A stretch of DNA of 36,916 bases, taken from a virus (Duplodnaviria > Caudoviricetes). The notes below the pieces were generated by a model, which saw nothing but the letters and a program-made list of their open reading frames with translations, ran no database searches and was not told where the DNA came from. Position numbers and translations under genes: made by a program. Below are positions 9,844-17,460 of the stretch, in pieces (position 1 is the first letter of the stretch; the number at the start of each line of letters is the position of its first letter). The stretch is taken from positions 1 to 36,916 of IMG/VR virus record IMGVR_UViG_3300049893_002571; one strand, written 5' to 3'.

Positions 9844-10858
9844 CTACTTCCTCCTTCGAGGAGGCTTCGCCGTCGATTAGATTCTTTAGATCACTCACTT
9901 TTTCATTCCGAAGTTTTGCTAATGCTTCTTCAGAGATGTTGACATAACGCCCCTTTTCAAAGGCACATGCAATACGTGTTCCAGCAAGTCCAAAGCGATC
10001 TTTATGAATGACAAAATCTGATGTTTTCTCTTCAAAGTTGGGAATCACTTCGATTACCACTGTCGATGGTTCATAGATGTCAGGACAGTGCTTGATCCTG
10101 TTATCAAGGTCTTTGTTATTGCGTTTACCTAGTGAGTGAAGCTGTGCAAACACCACAACAGGGATCTCAGCGCGCTTAATAAATTGACCCAACCAAATAC
10201 GGAAGTCATTCAATACCTCGTATGAGGCAGCATCTGGACGCTCAACAGATCTCTTTATCAGCTGATAGTAATCAAGCATTACGCAAGAGTAATCACTATT
10301 CTTGATAGAAGACATCAGTGCCTTAACGCCTTCCACTGTCGCTGTGGCGTTCTCTACAGTCTTGTATTCAAAGTTTACGTCCGCAACCTTTACGTATTGT
10401 GCGATCTTACCGATGAGCATTGCACACTCTCGTTGGCGAACTGCTGGCATCAAACCCTTTTTATAATCGTTGAAGTTATATCCAAGATGGAGACACGCGA
10501 TACGGAAGTATACGTCTTCTTTGGATTCTTCGTTTGTTATAACGAGAGACTTCTTGCCTTCTTGCCAGAGAGGATACGAGACATTTGCTGCAATTGTAGA
10601 CTTACCATTACCAGAATAACCACATATCAAATACAAGTTTTCCTTAGTAAAGGGAATTGCTGCGGTGATTGTCTGGTTGATAAAGGTAATACGCTCTTTT
10701 AACATCGCATTATAGCGAGCGATGTTGCGGATCATTGCATGGACGTCTTCTTTACCGCCCAGTCCATCAATGTCTTCGTAAGAGATATCCATCTTGGGGG
10801 ATTCTTTAGGAGAACCCTGCAAGATCTTATTTATCTTGTCGGGTGCTATCTTGGCCAT
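9836..10858 (-). CDS. DnaB-like (SF4) replicative helicase
   Basis: Walker A GYSGNGKS, ITNEES, Walker B MLDYYQLI, VVVFAQL, KDRFG; RBS AGGAG. Confidence 0.85.
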   Translation of the reverse strand: MAKIAPDKINKILQGSPKESPKMDISYEDIDGLGGKEDVHAMIRNIARYNAMLKERITFINQTITAAIPFTKENLYLICGYSGNGKSTIAANVSYPLWQEGKKSLVITNEESKEDVYFRIACLHLGYNFNDYKKGLMPAVRQRECAMLIGKIAQYVKVADVNFEYKTVENATATVEGVKALMSSIKNSDYSCVMLDYYQLIKRSVERPDAASYEVLNDFRIWLGQFIKRAEIPVVVFAQLHSLGKRNNKDLDNRIKHCPDIYEPSTVVIEVIPNFEEKTSDFVIHKDRFGLAGTRIACAFEKGRYVNISEEALAKLRNEKVSDLKNLIDGEASSKEEVDE

Positions 10859-11381
10859 TTAAATCTCCTAAAATGTCGTCAAATGAAACCGATTGTTCGC
10901 CCTGAACCTGTTTGTACAAATCCTCGATAACAGATAGGTCTAGTAAGGGAAACGATTTTGCGTGCTGGCGCTGTAAGACGTATTCTTTCTTAGACATACC
11001 CTTAGGCAACTGAATCTTCTCAGCTTCTGAGGCATTCTCTGATGCTTCTAAAGGATAGACATCGTAGAAAGCCTGAGTTGCCTTACTAAGGATCAGATTC
11101 TTCCATCCCTCGAAGAACTCTGATTCGCTCTGGCTTTTGTTCGCGATAGAGCTCTTATACGTTCTACTAACGATGTATTTGTCTGGCAGATGTTTAGTAA
11201 CTGCCGGCTTAATATACTCGTAAGCTAAATCATGGGAAATGAAATTCCGACTCATTTCAAAGAAAAGGTCGTTGAAATTGTTGTATATGTTGTCTTTATC
11301 TTTAGGACGATCAGAGAGACTGCTGCCCCATTTCTCAAACAGCCTATCTGCGCCCTTTTTATCAGGCGAGATCTTGGCCAT
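10827..11381 (-). CDS. Hypothetical protein in the replication operon
   Basis: 184 aa with RBS AGGAGG; starts MAKISPDK, like the downstream helicase (MAKIAPDK). Confidence 0.7.
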   Translation of the reverse strand: MAKISPDKKGADRLFEKWGSSLSDRPKDKDNIYNNFNDLFFEMSRNFISHDLAYEYIKPAVTKHLPDKYIVSRTYKSSIANKSQSESEFFEGWKNLILSKATQAFYDVYPLEASENASEAEKIQLPKGMSKKEYVLQRQHAKSFPLLDLSVIEDLYKQVQGEQSVSFDDILGDLNGQDSTRQDK

Positions 11382-11583
11382 CTAAGACCTCCTGATTAAC
11401 ATCATAGCTGTTTTGATTTTTTAGATTTGTAATGCGAATTTTGGCACTATTGTGTTCTCGATCAATGTAGAGAAGCTCAATCTTGTACTCTTCATTAATT
11501 ATGAAGGGTCGACGCTTCCCCAACCACCAAAACAAGCTGTCACGTAACTTACCGGCATAACTATGCTCTAATTCACTTTTCAT
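11362..11583 (-). CDS. Small hypothetical protein (start reassigned to ATG 11583)
   Basis: GGAGG lies 4 nt before ATG 11583. The ORF-track GTG at 11655 would leave only 3 bp between divergent genes and overlap the promoter region. Confidence 0.6.
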   Translation of the reverse strand: MKSELEHSYAGKLRDSLFWWLGKRRPFIINEEYKIELLYIDREHNSAKIRITNLKNQNSYDVNQEVLDGQDLA

Positions 11584-11597
11584 TTGACCTCCAAACG

Positions 11598-11639
11598 GTA
11601 GAATATCCATGATACGGATTCGTATCGGTTTTATTTTAC
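11598..11639. promoter_or_regulatory. Face-to-face -10 elements flanking a 16-bp palindrome
   Basis: Plus-strand gTAGAAT (hexamer 11599-11604), minus-strand gTAAAAT (11638-11633), and GATACG-GATT-CGTATC at 11611-11626. Confidence 0.6.
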
Positions 11640-11658
11640 GAAATAAACGGGACACAAT

Positions 11659-13029
11659 GTGGATATAGAAATTAACAACAGCGAGATAATAATAAAGAAT
11701 TATACTTCTGATTATTCGAAGAAGTTGCGCGAGTTGTTATCATATACTGATAAATCTAAAGAGTATCAGATCAGAAAGATGGCACGAAATCCATTCTCTC
11801 GTAACTCAGAATACTATAAGAAACTCGTTGCTAGTCAATACGGTACTCTAGTAGAAGAGCAAAGCGGTGTCATAACTATACCAGCTGGATTTTCGTATTT
11901 ATTCAAAAACGATCATTCTATAGATAATAGAAAAGATACGGGGATCTCAGTAGCTTTTCCTTGGAAGAACAAGCCTTTTGCTCCACGAGAATATCAGCAA
12001 GAAGCACTAGATCTTATGAGCGTTAATTATCGTGGACTTATTAATTTTGCCACTGGTTTAGGTAAGACTCTTACTGCTGTTTATGCCATCAGAGCCGTAG
12101 GCAAAAGAGCACTCATATTGTGTCCTAGCCAGAGTATCGCAGATAACTTCTATCAAGAACTCTGTAGTGCTTTTGGAGATAGTGCGGTTGGATACTTCGG
12201 CGGCGGCAAAAAACAACTGAAAGATATTACGGTTGGCATTGCTCAGTCTGTTAATAACCACATTGACAAGTTCGTCAAACATGGGCTTGGTCTGGTTATC
12301 GTAGATGAGGTTCACCATATTGCGGCGGATACATTCTTCACTATAGCTAAATCACTCTCTGGTGTAGGGCGCATGTTTGGTCTTACGGCCACAGATTTTC
12401 GATCTGATGGTAAGGACGTAATGATCCGGGCTGGTGTTGGTGAGGTATTGATAAAAAGAGATATTGTTTGGGGTATTCAGAATGGCTGGTTAGCATATCC
12501 CCATATAGTGATGCGAAATGTAGAGACTTCAGGGCGCGAGTATCCTGAAGATAAAATTAAGAATTATAAATCTCATGTATTGAACTCCCCGGAAATGAAT
12601 GAGCGGATCATTAAAGATATTCAGAAGTGCTTAGATGCTAAGAAGTCGGTACTGTGTCTCGTTGACGAGAAAGAGCATGGCAGAATTCTGGCAGAAGCCC
12701 TCGGTCTTCCGTTTGCAACGGGCGATGATAAACAATCTACCGAATACGTCAAGCAGCTTAATGCAGGCACTATTCCTGGACTTATTGGTACTGATAGCAA
12801 AGTCGGAGAAGGGACTGACACCAAGAACGTAGATGTTCTTGTGCTGGCCAACTTTGTTGCAAGCAAGGGGCCACTCTGGCAGAATCTGGGCCGCGGATTG
12901 CGCATTCATAATAGTAAAGAAGTGCTAGTACTAGATTATCGCCCCACAGGATCGAAAATGCTATCCCGTCATGCGGATCAGCGCCTTAAGCTATATAAGG
13001 CAATAACTACTAGTATTAAAGAGATTTGA
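11659..13029 (+). CDS. SF2 DExH DNA helicase (UvsW/ResIII-like)
   Basis: PREYQ, ATGLGKT, DEVHH, GLTAT, GEGTD, QNLGRGLR. Confidence 0.9.
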   Translation: MDIEINNSEIIIKNYTSDYSKKLRELLSYTDKSKEYQIRKMARNPFSRNSEYYKKLVASQYGTLVEEQSGVITIPAGFSYLFKNDHSIDNRKDTGISVAFPWKNKPFAPREYQQEALDLMSVNYRGLINFATGLGKTLTAVYAIRAVGKRALILCPSQSIADNFYQELCSAFGDSAVGYFGGGKKQLKDITVGIAQSVNNHIDKFVKHGLGLVIVDEVHHIAADTFFTIAKSLSGVGRMFGLTATDFRSDGKDVMIRAGVGEVLIKRDIVWGIQNGWLAYPHIVMRNVETSGREYPEDKIKNYKSHVLNSPEMNERIIKDIQKCLDAKKSVLCLVDEKEHGRILAEALGLPFATGDDKQSTEYVKQLNAGTIPGLIGTDSKVGEGTDTKNVDVLVLANFVASKGPLWQNLGRGLRIHNSKEVLVLDYRPTGSKMLSRHADQRLKLYKAITTSIKEI

Positions 13030-13031
13030 TG

Positions 13032-13060
13032 CTTCTCTAGGTTATAATAACCTGGAGGAG
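13032..13060 (+). promoter_or_regulatory. -10 box inside an RBS-sequestering hairpin upstream of the endolysin
   Basis: CTTCTCTAGGTTA-TAA-TAACCTGGAGGAG (13 bp, 2 G-U); TATAAT at 13043-13048. Confidence 0.7.
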
Positions 13061-13066
13061 TAAGTC

Positions 13067-13615
13067 ATGAAAATAAACCAAGACGGCCTAGATTTAATAA
13101 AAGGATTTGAGGGCGTTAGATTAGCACCCTATAAAGATCCTGTTGGTATCCCCACTATTGGGGTTGGCGCAACCTTCTATCAAGATGGTCGTAAGGTGAC
13201 AATGACCGATCCCCCTATGACAGAGGAGCAAGTTACTGAACTTCTTAAGTTTCACCTTGATAAGTTTGAAAAAGGGGTTTCTAGTCTAGTTAAAGTGCCC
13301 CTAAACTCCAATCAATTCTCTGCCCTAGTGTCTTTCGCATTCAATTGTGGAACAGGTAATCTACAAAGCAGCACTTTGCTTAAGAAACTCAATATGTTAG
13401 ACTATAAAGGTGCTGCAGACGAGTTTCTGAAATGGACCAAATCAAAGGGCCAAGAACTTCCTGGCCTAATACGTAGACGTAAGGCAGAACGAGAACTGTT
13501 CCTCAAACCTCAGACATTAACTGAGACAGCATCTGTTCAAGGAGGCATGCTTCCAGATGGTCCCTCAGAACAGGATATTAGTGACATCCTTAAGAACCTA
13601 GAAAAAGGTGTCTGA
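13067..13615 (+). CDS. Endolysin, GH24 phage lysozyme
   Basis: GLDLIKGFEG, YKDPVGIPTIGVG (E-x8-D-x5-T triad), QFSALVSFAFNCG, LPGLIRRRKAERELF; ~35-aa C-terminal extension. Confidence 0.95.
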   Translation: MKINQDGLDLIKGFEGVRLAPYKDPVGIPTIGVGATFYQDGRKVTMTDPPMTEEQVTELLKFHLDKFEKGVSSLVKVPLNSNQFSALVSFAFNCGTGNLQSSTLLKKLNMLDYKGAADEFLKWTKSKGQELPGLIRRRKAERELFLKPQTLTETASVQGGMLPDGPSEQDISDILKNLEKGV

Positions 13616-13643
13616 CCGCTCTAGTTTCTGGTAGAATTAGGTC

Positions 13644-13729
13644 TGCGGAATATACAAGTAGACAAAGTGAGCGGCCTCATAAGCCGTCGCCGAGAGGCTT
13701 CGCTGGTGCAAATCCAGCTTCCGCGTCCA
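13644..13729 (+). tRNA. tRNA with CAT anticodon (Met/fMet-like), long variable arm and encoded CCA
   Basis: Acceptor TGCGGAA/TTCCGCG + T + CCA; anticodon arm GCGGC-CTCATAA-GCCGT; variable arm C-GCC-GAGA-GGC-TTC; T arm GCTGG-TGCAAAT-CCAGC; TGgTAGAAT immediately upstream. Confidence 0.88.
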
Positions 13730-13766
13730 TTCCAGAGTATAACTCCCTAGTATAAAGGGAGTCCCC

Positions 13767-14492
13767 ATGAAAATCAATATAATCGGCGATATCGCTGGAC
13801 GCTACGATGAACTTCTACTTCTTCTCGCGAAGATGCCTGAGGCAGACCTAATTCTGTCCGTGGGAGATATGGTTGATCGTGGGCCAAAGTCTAAACAAGT
13901 TATTCAGTGGTTCATGAAGATGCAGAAAGCTGGCAAAGCCGAAGCGATCTATGGAAACCATGAAGACATGATGGTCGAGAGTCTAGTGACTGGTCGTTCT
14001 CGAGACTGGATGAATAATGGCGGTCACAAAACTCTAGAATCATATATGAAGAAGAGTGATAAAGACTTTCAGAGTGCTCTAGTCCCTAAAAGTCATATTG
14101 ACTGGCTGAAAAAACGTCCAATGTACTTTCAGACAGACGATCTGTTTGTAAGTCATGCTCCAGTTACTTCACTTAAAAATATTCCATCAGATCCATATAG
14201 TCGAGATTTCTATTTTATATGGAATCGCTACGAACCAAAAAAGCCACAAGATAAGTTTCTCATTAATGGTCACAATGGGCAGCTGCGAGAGTATAAGTGG
14301 GGCGACGGGCGTGTTATTGGCATGTGTATTGATGATAGTCACAGAGGTGTCTTAACTGGTCTTCATTGGCCAACAAAAGAGATCTTTCAACAAGAATTTC
14401 TTAAGACAGAAGAGAAACCAAAACCACCTGAGAAAGAGATGACAGAAGAAGAAAAGAAGGCACTAGATATGCTTATCTCTTGTATGTTTTAA
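13767..14492 (+). CDS. Metallophosphoesterase, PPP family (lambda NinI/ApaH-like)
   Basis: GDIAG, GDMVDRGPKS, GNHEDM, SHA, NGH. Confidence 0.85.
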   Translation: MKINIIGDIAGRYDELLLLLAKMPEADLILSVGDMVDRGPKSKQVIQWFMKMQKAGKAEAIYGNHEDMMVESLVTGRSRDWMNNGGHKTLESYMKKSDKDFQSALVPKSHIDWLKKRPMYFQTDDLFVSHAPVTSLKNIPSDPYSRDFYFIWNRYEPKKPQDKFLINGHNGQLREYKWGDGRVIGMCIDDSHRGVLTGLHWPTKEIFQQEFLKTEEKPKPPEKEMTEEEKKALDMLISCMF

Positions 14493-14497
14493 ACTAT

Positions 14498-14950
14498 ATG
14501 TCACAAACGGTTATCTACAAAGGATGGATTAATGTCCTCCCTCCGAGGAATGGGAGGGATGCAACAGTTGTCCTTACTCCGAGTAGATTCTTCTATCGTG
14601 CAAAGAAGCATGTGATAGCAGAAAAGATAGCCCAAGATAAAACCGAGCATGGACAATTTATAGGTATTCGAGTATGGGCTGCCTATTACAGGATGAGACC
14701 CGTACGCAGGCATAGAGTCTTATCGAGTATGGGTGTGATAGACGCCGAATATAGTGAGATAACCGGGGCAAATGATGACTATAGATACACCATACAATTT
14801 ATTAAGATAAATAGTGATTTCAATCTTTTAGAAGAATTAGCTCGTTTCTATCATCACTACTGTATTATCGAGATAACTTACTCATCTACAGAATACGATA
14901 TGATAGCTCACGAACTCGAGCGAATACTCCTCCTAAACCACGATGAGTAA
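14498..14950 (+). CDS. Hypothetical protein
   Basis: ORF fills the gap between phosphatase and sigma; ATG 14498 preferred over TTG 14480; no motif recognised. Confidence 0.55.
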   Translation: MSQTVIYKGWINVLPPRNGRDATVVLTPSRFFYRAKKHVIAEKIAQDKTEHGQFIGIRVWAAYYRMRPVRRHRVLSSMGVIDAEYSEITGANDDYRYTIQFIKINSDFNLLEELARFYHHYCIIEITYSSTEYDMIAHELERILLLNHDE

Positions 14951-14963
14951 GTAGAATAGCAAC

Positions 14964-15650
14964 ATGAGTGATACAGATATATTAAAACTTTATATGAAAG
15001 AAGCGTGTAAGACACCGCTTCTCACCTATGCTCAAGAAGTTGAGCTGGCTAAAGAAATTGCCGAGGGAAATCAGAGATCAAGAGAGAAGCTTATCAAAGC
15101 CAATCTTCGCCTAGTTATCTCGATAGCTAAAGCATACAGTAATCGAGGTATGGCTCTTGAAGACTTGATTCAAGAGGGAAATATAGGCCTCATGAAGGCC
15201 ATTGAAAAATATGAATATCAGCGTGGATACAAATTCTCCACATATGCCACATGGTGGATTCGTCAAGCTGTAACTCGAGCTATAGCTGACAAGAATCGTC
15301 TAATTCGTCTACCCGTGCATATGGTGGAAACTTATAACAAAGTATCTAAAGCTATTAGCTTATTTGTGGCTGAGTTCGGTAGATCCCCTACCCATGAAGA
15401 GATAGCTAAGAGAGCAGGCGTATCACTAGACAAAGTTAACGATGTTATCCACTATGGATCCCCAATAGCTAGTATAGATGATATTCTAGTAGAAGATAGC
15501 GATGTTCGTTTCAGTGATACTCTTACTGACAACAGTACCCCGGTATCTGCTGCGATGGAGAACTCTATGAACGACATCGTCATTACGTCATTAAAAGATC
15601 TCTCTAGCAGAGAAGAAAAAATTTTGAGACTAAAATATGGAATAAAATGA
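14964..15650 (+). CDS. Sigma70-family factor (RpoD-like regions 1.2 to 4.1), lacking region 4.2
   Basis: [67 protein letters not shown]; ends [16 protein letters not shown]. Confidence 0.92.
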   Translation: MSDTDILKLYMKEACKTPLLTYAQEVELAKEIAEGNQRSREKLIKANLRLVISIAKAYSNRGMALEDLIQEGNIGLMKAIEKYEYQRGYKFSTYATWWIRQAVTRAIADKNRLIRLPVHMVETYNKVSKAISLFVAEFGRSPTHEEIAKRAGVSLDKVNDVIHYGSPIASIDDILVEDSDVRFSDTLTDNSTPVSAAMENSMNDIVITSLKDLSSREEKILRLKYGIK

Positions 15651-15874
15651 AAATCTTAATACTTCTTGGCGACAACAACAAGTATCTCACTTACAAGACT
15701 TTCACGTCTGATAAAGACTTAGACCTATTCATCGATAAGATCCACCCACTAATGATGGCCAACATCCATGGCGTTCTTCCTCTAAAGAAGAGACTTGAGA
15801 TAGTTAGAGATGATTATTTCCCTCAAGCCGGGGCAGTATTCGACTTTGTCGTTATCGACACAGAAGAAACCTAA
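15647..15874 (+). CDS. Small hypothetical protein
   Basis: 75 aa; ATGA overlap with the sigma stop. Confidence 0.6.
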   Translation: MKILILLGDNNKYLTYKTFTSDKDLDLFIDKIHPLMMANIHGVLPLKKRLEIVRDDYFPQAGAVFDFVVIDTEET

Positions 15875-15905
15875 TTTTGGGTTTCTGATAGCTACTTCCT
15901 AAAAT

Positions 15906-16080
15906 TTAACCTTCTCTTCACTACTTTACATGAGTGCGCGAAGCGCACTCATACCGCACGCGCGAAGCGCGGGCGTGCATCTCTATAGAGAATAGTTAAG
16001 AATGGTAGTGTAGGGGATTGTTAATCTTATGATACCCGCGACGAGGCATTTTTCTAAGTTAAAGCAAAAATTTTTATTGT
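15906..16080. other. Structured non-coding region: candidate replication origin or ncRNA
   Basis: ATGAGTGCGC-GAA-GCGCACTCAT (15930-15952), a second CGCGC-GAA-GCGCG hairpin (15959-15971), palindrome TCTCTATAGAGA (15980-15991), closing pair CACTAC/GTAGTG, and an adjacent A/T tract. Confidence 0.5.
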
Positions 16081-16120
16081 GTGTATAATTCGCTGGTAAT
16101 TCTTTTTAATGGAGAAGAAC

Positions 16121-16726
16121 ATGACCAAAACAACTAAGCAAGCAATTCAAGACTCTCTTCAAGATCAACTAGCTCATGAAGAAGCCAATAAGCAAAAAGC
16201 TAAAGTTGAACAACATATGAAAGCTCTTCAGCAGATTCGTGAACAGGCTTTCAAGATTGAAGTTGAAGTTTTAGATGGCGGAAAATTACCTGCAAAAGCC
16301 AATCGAACTGATGCGGGTTTTGACGTATATGCCACAAGCGACGTCACGATTTTTCCAGGTCAAGTAATTAAACATCCACTGAATATCCGCATGAAGTTGC
16401 CTGCAGGTAGTTGGGCAGAGATTCAAACCAAGAGCGGTCTCGGTTCTAAAGGTATGCTAGTCTATGCCGGTGTTGTAGACGAAGGATATCGAGGAATGCC
16501 GCATGTAATCGCGACCAACCTTAATTTTTATGATAAAGCAATTGACGCTAGACCAGATGGATCTGGTGATCTTATGAGTGTGCCAATTATAATCAAGAAA
16601 CATGAGAAGCTTGCACAAATAACTATGCATCCCCACTCTAATGAATATTTTATGGTGCAAGTAGATAAGGTCGATACAGAAACTGATAGAGGACAGGGTG
16701 GTTTCGGCTCAACCGGAAAAGCATAA
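16121..16726 (+). CDS. dut: dUTPase (trimeric) with N-terminal helical extension
   Basis: DAGFDVY, KSGLG, GVVDEGYRG, KLAQI, RGQGGFGSTG; GGAG before ATG 16121; TATAAT at 16084-16089. Confidence 0.93.
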   Translation: MTKTTKQAIQDSLQDQLAHEEANKQKAKVEQHMKALQQIREQAFKIEVEVLDGGKLPAKANRTDAGFDVYATSDVTIFPGQVIKHPLNIRMKLPAGSWAEIQTKSGLGSKGMLVYAGVVDEGYRGMPHVIATNLNFYDKAIDARPDGSGDLMSVPIIIKKHEKLAQITMHPHSNEYFMVQVDKVDTETDRGQGGFGSTGKA

Positions 16727-16767
16727 GATTAAGTATAATCCTCGCATAGTATCTATGGAGGATATCA

Positions 16768-17460
16768 GTGAGCCACAATCTTGCCAAACTCTTCACTTCT
16801 AATATAAGGGTCTCAAATCTGGGACCCTTTCATGCCGATGCTATATGGCCTGCTAATATCGAACTCTGTATTACACGAGTACCCATCCGAAAGCGAGATG
16901 GATATGATGACAAGATGATGCAAGAGTTTGCAGTTAAACTCAAGAGCCAGATGGTTAAGAATGGTATCGTATTTCTTATCTGTTATGCTCCAGTTGAAGC
17001 TAAAGCTAGACCTTTTCAAGTCGCTCATTACATGAGTGAAGCTGGTTTCAATCATATCGACAATATCGTCATCCAGAAGACCTGGTATCCAGGAAAACGC
17101 TCTGAGATTAACCTGGTTAACTCTCATGAGTATGTTCTGTATTTCTGCAATGGCGATGTGTGGAATCTTGATCGACTACCTATTCGGCAATATCTAAATA
17201 CCAGCGCAGATATTTCCTGTCCAGGGAATACATGGAAAGTCGAGACCGGATCTCTCGACGAGTCTATTCCTGAGGATCTTGCCGAACTTCTACTTCGCAT
17301 GACAGACTCTCTTCCTGGATCTATAGTCTTTGACCCATTCATGGGAAATCAATCCACTATGCAAGCATCTATAAAGCTCGGTCACTCCTTCTATGGGTTT
17401 GAGACTGATCCCAAAAGAATGCAGCGTTATGAAAAACTTGTAAAAGAGGCTAAAAAATAA
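16768..17460 (+). CDS. N4/N6 DNA-methyltransferase-like protein (beta class) with degenerate catalytic motif
   Basis: HEYVLYF, IVFDPFMG, FYGFE; the motif IV position reads LCITRVPI instead of (D/S)PPY. Confidence 0.75.
   Translation: MSHNLAKLFTSNIRVSNLGPFHADAIWPANIELCITRVPIRKRDGYDDKMMQEFAVKLKSQMVKNGIVFLICYAPVEAKARPFQVAHYMSEAGFNHIDNIVIQKTWYPGKRSEINLVNSHEYVLYFCNGDVWNLDRLPIRQYLNTSADISCPGNTWKVETGSLDESIPEDLAELLLRMTDSLPGSIVFDPFMGNQSTMQASIKLGHSFYGFETDPKRMQRYEKLVKEAKK

Noticed and set aside
15630-15874. Frameshift or read-through restoring sigma region 4.2
   Set aside because: None of the three forward frames after YGIK encodes a TLEEVG/RERIRQ-like sequence; the next ORF begins with an ordinary ATGA overlap.
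15930-15978. Rho-independent terminator reading of the GC-rich hairpins
   Set aside because: No adjacent U-tract on either strand; kept instead as an origin/ncRNA candidate.
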